Below are positions 25,241-37,569 of a stretch of 64,000 nucleotides of DNA, piece after piece. The stretch covers positions 30,649,311 through 30,713,310 of the forward strand of contig JAHRHZ010000058.1 in assembly GCA_024137785.1 (NCBI GenBank). Reading direction: 5' to 3'. Below the pieces are notes generated by a model. The model ran no database searches and was not told the DNA's origin. It saw only the letters and a program-made list of their open reading frames with translations. The number at the start of each line of letters is the position of its first letter. Positions within the stretch are counted from its first letter, which is position 1. The position numbers and the translations under genes are program-made. The stretch is from Ginglymostoma cirratum. Lineage: Eukaryota.

Positions 25241-28200
25241 TGATTTTATGAGACTTTATGTGGGTTACGATCAATTTTTTTTACACTGCAGCACTGAATA
25301 GGCCAAGCACAAATTTACCCCTTTAAATTATCAAGCATGCTTTGTTACACAAAAACACTCAGAGGGCCCATGAACAAATAAATTACCTAAGTATTCCAAT
25401 TAAAACAAAAGGTACGTTGGTTAGGGCATGGACAGCAGATTTTAGATTAGTTCAAGTTTCTGGAGAATAGAATGTTGGAGGCTGGCTAGGAAGTGTTGGA
25501 AAAATTACTTTTAGAAATAAGAAAGACATGGATGAGGAGCTCAGCAACACGGAGCTGAGGTGGGGTCGAGTCATGGGTCTTCTGGTAGTGGGAGTATTCT
25601 GATGGCATGGTTATATAGTCTGAAATTCAAATTGGAGTCAGATATGATGCAAGCAGTTTGATAACTTAAAGGCAATGGAAGGGTCAAGAGAAGTGATGGT
25701 GAGATAGAGCTAGGTGTATCAGCTTTTGTTGGAATCTGATTTTCTTTTTGGTGAGATAGTTGAGAGATGGTGTGTGTGATAAGAAATAAGAGGCGTTCAA
25801 GTACCGTGCAACTGTGCCAACTTCAGAAGCATATATTTTCCTCTGTAGTTGCAGAATAAAAAGATACTGAAATCTGGTAATCAGCTTTAAAGACGAAAAA
25901 ACATTCAAAATTTGTAGTCACTTAGTTTAACTGATATGTACTACCTGTCATTTTGGTCACTTGTTATAATTAAATCCGTTCCATCCTAATGTAAAGTTAA
26001 CTAGCACTGGAATGTTCTTGGTGATAATCTGAGCATGGAAAAAAATACCAATTTGCACTGTAGGCACATTTTGCCAAAACTTGATCGTGTTTTTCTTTCC
26101 AATAAGGTAGAAAAATAGACGCTTAGCATTACTGAACCTGCACCTTGGCACAGAGTGCAAGCTTGTAATATTTCATTGTGCTGATAAAAATGTTTCTGTT
26201 CTTCTGTAAACCTCACTTGATAGTGAGTAAATGTGCATAATTTTCTTTTTTGGCCAGCAGTACTCAAGTGAGATACTAAATTAGTGATGTTATCTTGTGC
26301 ATGTTTATTCGTGCAAAGTCAGTGTCACAAGTGATGTTCTGCAAATGGCTTGTACCATTAGTTCCCATGAATCTAGTGTTTTGCTATAAGGATGGACTTT
26401 GAAACGTGTCACATAATGCAGTGGTTAAAGGATAACTAAGTAATTATTGTCATTTGCATCTACATCTTGGGGTCTGAATGTATGACTGGCACTGTAAAAG
26501 ATTCTTTAATATTTTGAATCATTGTTTACATTCTTTAAACTTACTGAATATTTCAGTTTATTAAACAGTAAGTGCAGATCTGTAAGAAAATCCAGTTAAA
26601 AGTTGTTTGACTGAGTCACTTATTCTAGTTTAATTTGTAATTTTCTGCTTTGTTTGTGGGATTTGGATTCTGCAGAAATCGGCATTTTATAGCCAGGATG
26701 AACTTCAAGTTTCTTCTTCTGCTATATCAAGCATTGAACTTTATTAGAAGCCTATCTGGGGAGGTTTGCATAAAGGCTAAAGCTAGTCAGGCCTTAATGG
26801 TCTGAGAATCCTCCCCCCTCCGGCCCCGGCTTCTTCATAGCAGCTTCAACTAACAGCTGAGAATAGACGCTTTGTATTCAGATGCCTTATAACAAGACGT
26901 TCATTGTCTTAAGCCCCTGCCAGGAGAATGCAAGCCACTGCACTGCCTTTATTGTGCAGACTTTGATTGTATTTGAACTTGATGAGGACTGCATTTGAAT
27001 TGTAGTCAGACAGTTCATCTGTAGTTTTGCATGGGTTGAGAACTAGCTAGAAACTGCCGTGTTCATTTAATTACCTCTTTGGATAACATGGGCTGGGGGG
27101 AAGGGAGAATTAATTGAAGTTTACTGTATGGTGTGTCAAACAAAGTGACTGTTTGTATTACCATGGGAACTTCTTGACTTGTAGCAGTTCTGACCAGAAT
27201 CTTGCATTATAGGATGTGATATGTAAGGTTTTTGGAACACATACTAATTGCTTTTCATTATTTTAACCCCTCCAACTCCTTCTCCCTTTCCCCCCTCAAC
27301 CCCCTCCCCAAAATAAAATATTAATGACCGATCAAAACAAATATTTTTGTGAACATTAATCATGTTTCAGTTAATTAAAACATTCTGAACATCTTTAATA
27401 TTTTGCTGTATGCTGAATTGGTCAACTTCCTGTCTTGGAAATTTACCATGCTCTAGTGTTTCATTAAAAAAATTATACACTGCCTTTTTAAGATCATTAA
27501 GAATTTGTTTCTTCTTACAATTTCTCCAGCCACCCTAACATTGTTAAAAATATTAATTATTTTGCAAAATACTCAGTCAGGTCACAAAAGCATCAGCGAC
27601 AGTGAGAATGCTGAACCAAGTCTGGAATTTTTTTTCTGGTCTTCTTTGACATTGCGTATGAGGGCTGGGGAATGCAGGTGAGGAAGGACAATCATTTTGT
27701 TTGTGTCACAGTAATTGTGAGTTGTTTTACATGTGAGAAACCCTCTTAACTCACTCATACCTCTGCTCATGAGTTAGGATCTTTTCTATGTTTAAAGCGC
27801 AGCTGTACCTTAAATGTTTGCAGGTATGTCTATAATATTTTCAGTTTTATATGCAAAAGTTTATCTTCATTTAGTAAGTATACTTTGAAATGAGAGCACA
27901 GTTATTTTGCACATTTGCTTTTATAGTCACAGTAAATTTTTCATTAAATTATGAGCTTAAATTATTTGATGGCTTGAATTAATCTTGTTTAGATGAGAAC
28001 ATCTCAATTTTAAGATCAAACTGAGCATTCTGCTCCAAAATAGAACATAATTAAAAATATCTGCCATTTTCTTGATACTTTTTAATCCAAGGCCTTGTTT
28101 TAAAACATGATTGTGTTGAGCATATAATAAATGAAAACAAAAAATTGCAGTTTTCATACAAAATGTAACTTTATAAGTACATGACAATGGTCTAAATGGA

Positions 28201-29039
28201 AAATATTTTTAAACGTTATCATATGTAATTTATCTATTAAAAATTAGCATAGGAGTATATGTCATGGAAGCCCAGAAAGATTTGTATAACTTTTCTGTAA
28301 ATAATTTTTTTTATTTTTATCTTTCTTTGTGTTCACAATAAGGGGAAATATCTAGAATTGTCAACATCAGGATACCATTAAATGCCCTACCTATATTTTA
28401 AGCAAAGAATCAAACAATAAGGCTTTTAGCAGCTCTGTCTGTTTAGACAGTAGCAACATTGACTGCGGGCTGCTTTTTAACTTCTACTAGCAAACGAAAA
28501 CAGGATCATGATGCAGCCCCTATCCTGATTTATTCAGCATTGTACATGTTTAAAAAGCAGCACTCTGGCAGATGGAGCTGCTAAATGCCTTGTCCTTTGA
28601 TTTAGAGCTGGGTAGATACTGCTACATATACAGCTTGATGGTTGCAGTCAGAACAATCAATACACTGTAAAACTCAATCAACAGAAGAAATGTAAAAGAG
28701 CCGCTACTTTCTCTGTAACGCACAGTGCTCTGAGACTTGAAGTTGAAAAGCTGCCTTGGCATCCCACGATGCAATGCAACACCCGCAGCTGCTGGCAGTT
28801 GGGAAGAGAGCATTGGTACATTGTGTTTTATGTACTCCAAAGGACTTCAACATTAAGGATCGCTTTACAGATTTGTAGTAGCTGCATGATTGAGACTTGA
28901 GTCCATTATTAGCATTAACTCTTGCCAAGCTACAGTATACAGTTTTGGACTTTTCTCAAGGAAGTTATGAGCGCACAGAATAGTTCATGTTCTAATATTT
29001 TTGTGTATTATGTAATGGCGACTTCCTGAACTTAGCCAA

Positions 29040-30030
29040 AGATAACAGTGGCCTAGTTTTGGGGACAAGTTTGCCGGTGATACTAAGTGAAGTGCAACAG
29101 TAAGGGATGGGGAGGAAACAGAGAGGTTGCAAAGGAACTTCAGACAGGTTGAGTGGGTGGGCAAGAATATGGAAGATGAAACATAATATGGGGAAGTGTG
29201 AAGTTATCTATTTTGGTAAGAAAAATAGAAAAGCAGAATGTTTTTTAATTGAAATGTGACTGGGAAATGTTGATTTTTAGAAGGATCCTGGGAGTCCTTG
29301 AACACTAATCACAAGAAAAAAGTTAAGACAGGCACAGCAAGCATTTAGGAAGACAAATAAGTAGCTGAAACAAAAACGGCAGGAAAGTTGGAAAAGCGCA
29401 GCAGGTATGGCAGCATCTGTGGAGAGAAATCAGAGTTAATGTTTCAGGTCCAGTGACCCTTCCTCAGAACCGAGGTTCTGTGTAAGTACCTGAGATTTTA
29501 TTACAAAAGGATTTGAATGCAAGAGCACCAAATTTGAACAAGTACACAGGGCCTTGATGAGACCACACCTGAGATGTATTTTTGGTTTCCTTACCTAACA
29601 AGAATATACTTCCCTTACAGTCAGCACAGCAATGGTCTGTAAACTGATCCTTATACTGAGGGGATTGTCCCATGAGAAGAGATTGTGTACACTCGGTTTA
29701 TATTCCTCAGAATTTAGAAGAATCAAATGTGATTTCATTGAGACAGGATATGTGCTAAGAGGATGTTGCCTCTGTTGAAGACTCTAGAAGATGGTATCAC
29801 AGTCTCAGACTTAGGTATTGATCATTTATAACTGAGAGGAATAGAAGTTTCTTCACTCAAACTGTTGTAAATCTATGGAATTAAATTCTGCAGTACAAAA
29901 GGAAATAGGAGAAATGAGGGTGGTAAAGGAAGGTCGATTTACAACAGGAGCTTAGTCATGTTTTTATGGAATGGCAGAGCATGCCTGTCATGTTGATAAG
30001 CCACTCCTGCTCTGGTTTCTTCTGTTTTCT
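29040..30030 (+). mobile_element. Degraded CR1 LINE, RT C-terminus and 3' end, interrupted by a PLE fragment
   Basis: FA(D)DTK-like at about 29070, ..KCEVIYFGKKNRK.., later FFTQTVVNLWN; CR1-like 3' end near 29970-30025. Confidence 0.8.
29363..29480 (-). mobile_element. PLE 3'-end fragment with hammerhead-like core, nested in CR1
   Basis: Minus strand GTT-CTGAGGA-AGGGTCACTGGACCT-GAAACATT-AAC. Confidence 0.75.
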
Positions 30031-30115
30031 TCCTTTTGCAATGAATTCTGACTTGCGTGCTAGTTGCTGGAAATGTTCGCTTTTTTTGATGAAAGCAACG
30101 TAGAAAGTATGGACG

Positions 30116-30345
30116 TTAGGAGCAAATTACTGCAGATGCTGGAATCTGTACTAAAAGCAAAAAATGCTGGAGATCACAGCGGGTCAGACAGCATCCACAG
30201 TGAGACAGCAAGCTAATGTTTCGAGTCTAGATGACTCTTCAGAGCTAATGTTTTGAGTCTAGATGACTCTTCGTCAGAGCTGTAGTTTGGAGGAGGGGGT
30301 GGGGGTAGCAGGTGTAGGGAAAAGAGATGTTGATAATTAAGATTA
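30116..30345 (-). mobile_element. PLE 3'-end fragment with tandem duplication of the hammerhead-like segment
   Basis: TACTGCAGATGCTGGAATC tail; 30-bp units at 30211-30240 and 30243-30272. Confidence 0.75.
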
Positions 30346-30649
30346 CACTGCACGGAAGAGCTTTAACCCAATCCTATTCTCTTAATAATGAAAACCTGAG
30401 TAACTTGCATTTATGCCTTCCTTCCTGAGCTAATGACATGTTCTTCTTAATTCTTTCTCACTCCATGGATGTTAGAAAGTAAAATAACGTGGGCAACAAA
30501 AAGAAAAAAGCAGGGTTGCATACCTGGTAAATATGATTCAGGAAACTAATAGAAGCATGAATGGACAATTTGCCTCAGGATTGATACATTTAATTGTCAA
30601 TTTTTAGACACTATAGTGAGTAGTAGGGAAATATGCTGACTTAAAAATT

Positions 30650-30760
30650 ACATAGAAAAATAGAAAATAAGACCTGGAGTAGACCATTTGGCCCATCAAG
30701 TCTGTTCTACCATCTAACATGGTCATGGCTGATTCTCTATGTCAATGCCATACTCCCAGT
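30650..30760 (-). mobile_element. CR1 3' terminus fragment
   Basis: CATAGAAAAATAGAA..GGAGTAGACCATTTGGCCCATCAAGTCTG..GGTCATGGCTGAT. Confidence 0.65.
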
Positions 30761-30852
30761 GATTAACATGGACAATCAGAGATTTGTTGATATTATTTTA
30801 ATTTACATTTTTAAATGAGTAAATGTGGAAAAGACCAGTTTACCCAATTATG

Positions 30853-31010
30853 AAAACAAAATATTGTTGTTGCTGGAAATCAAGGGAAAAAAAAGGAAAA
30901 TGTGAAAAGTAGTCAGGAGGTCAGACAACACCTTTTGAAGAAACAAATATGGTAATGTTTCAGGTCAATGATCCTTCAGTTGAAAATATTTTCAGCATTT
31001 TCTATGTTTA
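30853..31010 (-). mobile_element. Degraded PLE 3'-end remnant
   Basis: TGCTGGAAATC...AATGTTTCAGGTCAATGATCCTTCAG resembles the 29363 copy. Confidence 0.5.
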
Positions 31011-31029
31011 GTATTCAATTTTCTTCTGG

Positions 31030-31243
31030 TGTCACAGCCAACATAAATCCTTAAATCAACCTCAGAGAAACAGATTATTTGGTCAATTTGTCATTGTTTT
31101 TTGTGGGAGCTTGCCTTATGAAAATTGGCTGCTGTACTTTCTATAATATGTGCATACACACCAAAAAACATTTCATTGACAGAAGTGGTTAGGGACATTA
31201 TGAGAACATGAAATGCATTACAGAAATTCAAGTTCTTTCTTTT
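31030..31243 (+). mobile_element. Deu-domain SINE 3' part
   Basis: AACAGATTATTTGGTCA..TGTGGGAGCTTGC..AAATTGGCTGCTG and L2-like end AAGTTCTTTCTTTT. Confidence 0.65.
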
Positions 31244-33319
31244 ATATGGTGGTGGCTAATATATCCATATGGATATGATGTACAGCATGCTGGTGATAGT
31301 AAATGATGCAAAAATCATATTTCATTTGCAAAGAAAAGTTGGAAGCACAGAATTTGTTAAGACAGATAATGGCATCGAGTGTCTGGCAAAAGAAGAGAAT
31401 AAATTAAGCAAAGTACCTACTTAATCTAAGTACTTGATCAGCAATCGATTCCATTTACTGTGCAAGAGTTTGCACTTTCCCAGAGGCTTGGAAGTCTGGT
31501 AAGTGTGAAATATATATTTTTGAAACTGTTTCATCCCTACAATGTGATCAGTTGGAGATGCTCTTAAAAATAGCCCAGATTTTGTGGTCAGCAGTGAAGC
31601 AATCTTGCTTTCTACTGACCTTGAGAAAAGCTGTCCTTATGGATCTAGCAGTCTCTCCATGGCATAGCTTTTACCTTTCCAGTGTGAATTTGAAGGGAAT
31701 GCTAAGCCGAGGGGACTTCCTGATATCCACCAACATTGATGTAATCGAGCAAGGTAGCAACCAATCAAATTGAAGTGTTTCCACAGACAGCCAACCAGAA
31801 AGTTAAATGTACTGATAATCCTTCACTTTTGAACAATATTTTACAGAGAACAAGATAAAAATTGGAATTATACATGGATTAAAGTAGAAGCTGAAATGTC
31901 ATAGGAAAATTTAAAAAGTATGTATACTTTATAATTATATAGAAGTATTCTCAATGAAGAAATTGGCATTGCACAAATCGTTTTTTTTTTCCCCTCAGGG
32001 CCAGAGAGGTTAATCAGTTGTAATTTTGGTCTTAGTACATTGAGGCATAACTTGGACTTTTAAACAATTAACAATGTGCAACTTTTTGAAGGATTTTACA
32101 ATGAAACTAATAGCATAAATGTCTAAATCCTCAGCAGTTCAGTGATTTTTTTACTTGATTACGGTTGGCAGGGATATCAACAGCACTCTGTCTATATTGA
32201 GAAACGTTGAATTGTTGATTTCCACTTCTGACATCCCCGCTTAACTGTGGAGGTGCAGACGTTGGCTATTGAATTTTCCCTGCAGATTTCTGAAACCTCC
32301 TGACAGACTGCAGTGTCACTCAGATGCTGATACTTTGTGGGAAGTAGTCACTCATTGGCTGTCCCAGAGAATATTACAATTCTCATGGCAGAGGGTGGGT
32401 TGTTAAAGCTGGATGGGCAATCAGAGGCCTACCAGCTTGAAAGGAACAGCAGGTTGTATTGAAAACTAAATAAATAAATTGGTTTAAAATTGAGGGACCC
32501 TCTCTCCAACAGTTTTAATGTTTAACATGAATTATGGCTTTTATGGGAAGCCTCCACTGGGCTGCCTGTGGCTAGGGCAGCACCCAGACAGGCAGGAAAA
32601 GTTGAGAGGCAGTGAGGTCTGCTGGTTCCTCGTAGTACTTCTGGGAGTGCACCTCAACTGGTTCCCAAAGGCTGCAGAGGTCTGAAGGGTGACTGCAAAG
32701 TCCTATTCAGCCTCTGTTAACAGGCCTTAATAGGTGATTAATTACTTTAATTGATCACTCAGCAATTGCAGGCAATTAGCCCTGCCACTCTGCCATCCTG
32801 TCTCCACAAACTGCCTCTGGTGCAGGACCAAGCCAGCACATAGGGCGACAGCATGATTTTTCACCTGAGCCTGTCCCTGATCGCAGCCCGAGTAAGGCTG
32901 AAAATTATGTCTCTGCATTTGCTGTCATTTTCTGTTCTAATGGAAGTAATAATATTGAATGGTGACAGTCCTGCTGATGTTGCTGTTGGAAACACCAGGC
33001 CATTATCTGCATTGTTATGTTTGTAGCTGTTTCTAAACCAGTTCCACCTGAACAATAGCTTTCTCAATCCTTCACTATCGTGAAGCTTGTCAGATATCTT
33101 GTCTTGCATCCAGTACTGGTGAAGCAGAAATTTGCTCCGACTGAATGTTGTAAAAGATCAAAGTTATCATCTTTGGTCTTTGCCAAAGATTATGCTCCCC
33201 AATCACAAACTCCATTTATCTTGCTGGTAATTGTCTTAGGTAGAGTTAAATTATTAGCAACCTTGTGTCATGCTATGTAACCATTTGATTGTCAAATCTA
33301 CCTAGTTTCAACTTCATAA

Positions 33320-33805
33320 TAATGCCAAACCCTGTCCTGACTCACCTCATCTGCTGCTGAAATCCTCATCCATGCCTTTGCTGTATTTGGAGTTTACAAT
33401 TCCAGTGAATTTGCCACACTCCCATTTTCCAACCTCCATAAAGCTATGATCAACATGAGGTTCTGCTTAAACAATGGCTTAACATTAAAGTGCCCTCTGT
33501 ATATCCAAATACCTGTATGGTCTCATCCTTCCTGCCTCTGTAACCTTCTTCATCTCTATGGCCCTCCTTGATTTCTGCACTCCTCTAAATCTGCCCTCTG
33601 CTACATCTCTGATGTTATTTGCTCCAGCAGTGATGACTGTGCCTTCAGATGTGTAAGCCCTGACTTCTGGTATTCGGTCACTAAATCACATCTTCCTACC
33701 TCTTTCTTGAGCTCATTGAAATCTACTTCTTTATTTGTCCCAATGTCTCCTTTTGAGATGGTTTATTAACTTTCACTACAATAAAGGTGTTATATAAATG
33801 CTATT
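33320..33805 (+). mobile_element. Old L2-like LINE 3' fragment
   Basis: SAAEILIHAF-like coding remnant; ends TAAAGGTGTTATATAAATGC. Confidence 0.6.
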
Positions 33806-35440
33806 AATTAACTTCCATTCCCCTATTTCTCAATTGCAATATTGTTGTATTGTTGCTCTCTCCCTTACTGGCCTCTGCAGCAGCCCTGTGCATTTCAGGT
33901 GCACTTTCAAACAGGTTTTACTAATGGAATTGCTATCTTTGTGCCTCTACTGAGAAATTCTCTCCAAGCATGTTTTCTGATTTAAATCCCAAAGCTATAT
34001 AACCATTTGAAGAGCACAATAACCAGATAAGTGGCACATTAAAGTCCTTTGAGGAGGAGGAACCAGCTACAACCACAGATGTGATACCACCCAAGGAAGT
34101 ATTCATTGAATTTTGGGAAGACTTAATTTGTTGCTGGATCCTACACAAGGAATACTCTGAACTTCAGCACACAAACCAAAAGGTCTGCATGAATATTCTA
34201 GGGCAAATGTTGGCTAATCAAACGGATGCTGACCTTGCACATCACCACCATCAAATGAAATCTGCTAAAGCAACGTATGCACCTGCTGACTCAATTTGTA
34301 ATGACTGTCCAGGTTAGCCTGTATTCTGTTCATACTATTGTATATAAAGCTTTATGCAACTAGCACAATCACTCTAGATGCAGCACATAAGCTTTTCACT
34401 GGCAAAATCAGCACTCTCTTTTTGCTTTCCTGCAAATAATTGTCACTTTGTGCTTTGTTAGATGATGTGAAGATTTCACTACTCTGAGGCATTTTATCGT
34501 GGGTCTAAAATGAGCCTTCTGTCAAAGCGCTAGTCCCTGGGAAATCCTTCCAATCCTGGTCAACCCAAAACCAAATAGCCAAAATTTGTAAATAGAAGAG
34601 AGTTACTAATTTTCAATAAATTATGTTTAAAGCTTACTTTAATGCAATATTATTTTGATACAGCACATACTGTTCAGTAATAAAAACAATATTTATGTAT
34701 ATCAAGCACCTGTAATTTTAATGTTACCTTTTGGTTTTACTTTTGAGTTGGACAGATAACCACTGTGTATATATTACATACTTTATTCACATGTATATTT
34801 TCCAGTTCTTGAAGTACAGTGTGTTCCCTGTGTCAATTCCTCCCTACCTCGCCACCTCCCTCACAGCCCCTTGCCTTATTGTTGCATTTGCCAGTCTTTC
34901 ATTCCCAGTTTTTGAGTGGATAGGAACCTTTAAGCATCTTGGGTGTGACTATAGTACTTTCGTTCAGTTATATGTAGTGGGTTTATGGTATAATTAACAT
35001 ACTAACAAAAAAGTCTTAAGGAGAAATGTGCACTCTGCCCATGTTTAGTCGTTAAATAGCATAACTCTGCGTTTAATGTATAGCAAAGAGAATTCATTGG
35101 TAATTTATTGCAGTGCAAGTCAAATACTAATTTTTACTTTTTGCTCCTAAATGATGAAAAAAACAAAGATTTAGGCTGTACTTTACCTCTTGCAGCAACT
35201 GATGTTTTCAGACTTGCAGGGTAACAAGATTATATCATGTCAAGCCATCGTTGAATTAGCAGATTGGCAAAACTGGCACTCAAGAACTTTAGAACAACAC
35301 TGCAAACAGTTAGTGTAAATACCCTCATTTCAATTTCACATTGAATACATTCTACAGAGTTGCTGCTTTCACGAATAGAGGCTACGTTTCATATTTGACC
35401 GAAGACAGTGTTGGTGTTGTTTAAATAAAAGATGTCTGAA

Positions 35441-35563
35441 GTCTTGACCTGCGACTTTAAAGAGAACAATGTAGGCAACTGTGTGTGGAAGGGAGGGCAG
35501 GAGGATGAGGTAGTGTAGAGAAAAAGAAGGTAAATTACAAAAGAAGTTTCACATAAGCCAGTG
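35441..35563 (+). repeat. Left arm of 123-bp inverted duplication
   Basis: Ungapped reverse-complement match to 36490-36612; 15 mismatches by hand count. Confidence 0.92.
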
Positions 35564-36385
35564 TTATTTATCCAAAGGTTTTCTGTAAATTTTCTTTTGT
35601 TATGTCCTTCAATCTATCATTTAATAACCTGATTCAATTTAGAGTTTCCACTATATATATCCTTGTATCTGAATGTCTGTTATTGCTTTCTGAAAACTGC
35701 TTGATCACATCCAGCTTTCAGAATTTCCAGAGATTTTCATTCAAACGCTATAGGTTAATAGCTTAAAAGCACAGATTAATTCTTCACTTCTTTTTTCATT
35801 TTGCTGACAACAAAGTAATGATTAGCACATAGATATAAAGGATTACAGAAGCTGAAATATCATACTTCTAGAAAAAAAACAAACTTTTGTTTTATCGTTA
35901 AGAATTTTGACACTGCACATTTTTAATTTGTTTTCAGGGTCAAAGATTGTTGAGTAATTCTGAATTAGTGTGCAGTTAAAGACACATTCACACCTTCATC
36001 AACAATGCATGAATTCTCAAAGGGGGTTGACAGTGAAACTGATGTAAAAAGAGATATTTCACATCAAATTTTCTAAGATTTGATTTGCAGAGACTTTGAC
36101 TGTGCCTCCTATGGAAGCGAGGATAATCACTGACAACAACTTCTACATTCTCAGATTTAAGTGTGCAAGTGTGGACGCCAGAGATTGCAGTCAATTTCAC
36201 ACGTTAATTACGGTTTTGCTGTAATCACAAATGCAAAATCTGATCTATAACTTTTTGACTTGAATGTGAGAGTGTAGTTCTGGCTGGCACTATGCAGTGA
36301 GTTGCACGGTATGGTAAGTATGATAATTGTACATTACATGATACCTGTCTGTGAAGTTTTCGTACAATTGGCCATTAACTGTGGA

Positions 36386-36487
36386 TTTTTTTTATTCATT
36401 CATGGGATATGGGCATTGCTGGCAAGACCAGCATTTATTGCCCATCCCTAATTGCCCAGAGGGCAGTTAAGAGTCAACCACATTGCA
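36386..36487 (-). mobile_element. 3' tail fragment of the SINE family seen at 22062
   Basis: CAGCATTTATTGCCCATCCCTAATTGCCCAGAGGGCAGTTAAGAGTCAACCACATTGC. Confidence 0.85.
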
Positions 36488-36489
36488 AC

Positions 36490-36612
36490 CACTGGCTTTT
36501 CTGAAGCTTCTTTTGTAATTTACTTTCTCCTCCTCCACACTACCTCATCCTCTTGCCCTCCCTTCCACACCCACTTGCTTACTTAGTTCTCTTTAAAGTC
36601 ACAGGTCAAGAC
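36490..36612 (-). repeat. Right arm of 123-bp inverted duplication
   Basis: Reverse complement of 35441-35563. Confidence 0.92.
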
Positions 36613-37504
36613 ATAAAGTAACCTGGCAGTATACATGACAGCTTGTATTTCTGAGCAAATATACCCCCTCCATTATAATATCAGATAAAGCAGGCACAGT
36701 TTATGTACTGCCTGATTGTTTGTTTTGAAAATATTTTTATAGACGGAAGAGCAGGTAATGGACAGATGCTGCCCACAATTTCAAATAGGAAATGTTGGTC
36801 GAGTTTAAAATGAAACTTTCAGCAAGCAATGGTAGGCAACACTATTGACATGCCATCATATCTCATGTCTTTATGTTTTGAAACAAATAGGACATATGGT
36901 GGCCTTCTGTTGTGGAGTTTCATTCTTGTGCATTTCCATTTTGTTTTCAAGTTTTAATTATTAATGATATATTTGCATAGTGTTATATCAAGCTATTTTA
37001 AAATGGAATTTCCTTTGCTCTTTATCAATATTCCATATGATAGGTGATATTTCATGAAAAAGAGCAGGCACAATTTCTCCTTGTGTTAGTCAGAACAAAA
37101 GGGACACAACAGTTATAAATATTGCTGAATTGTTTACGAGCTATTTGGACAGAAAATAAAAGGAACTGAACACATTACACTGGACAGCTGCAATGGTCTG
37201 TGGGGAAACTTGGTACAGATGGTAGAAAAATGGTAAAATAAACAGCCTTATGGCTGCTAAATAAAAAAGGAGAATGAGGTTCGTCGATTGAACGTAAGAA
37301 ATTTGTTCCCATGTGGGAGTTTCAATACTCATTGGACCAAATTAAGAACATTACAGATGACAAAATCTTGTTGATACTTGTTTTTTTTTTAAATGCTAGA
37401 GATTCATTAGTTAATATTTCTTTACAGAAGAATTGAGCAAAAGACTGTGGTAATAGTTTCCTAATGAGGGTCATAATGATAATTTACACCTGGCTGTTAT
37501 TTAA

Positions 37505-37532
37505 GTGTGTGTGTGTGAGAGAGAGAGAGAGT

Positions 37533-37569
<37 letters not shown>
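37505..37569. repeat. (GT)n(GA)n compound microsatellite
   Basis: Direct reading. Confidence 0.95.

Noticed and set aside
30211-30272. Hairpin-containing direct repeat as CRISPR-like array
   Set aside because: Only two units, no spacers, vertebrate intron, lies within a PLE remnant.
32150-32910. GC-richer blocks (also 41300-41560, 47200-48200, 54740-55400) as old MITEs
   Set aside because: Could not define convincing terminal inverted repeats or TSDs by eye.
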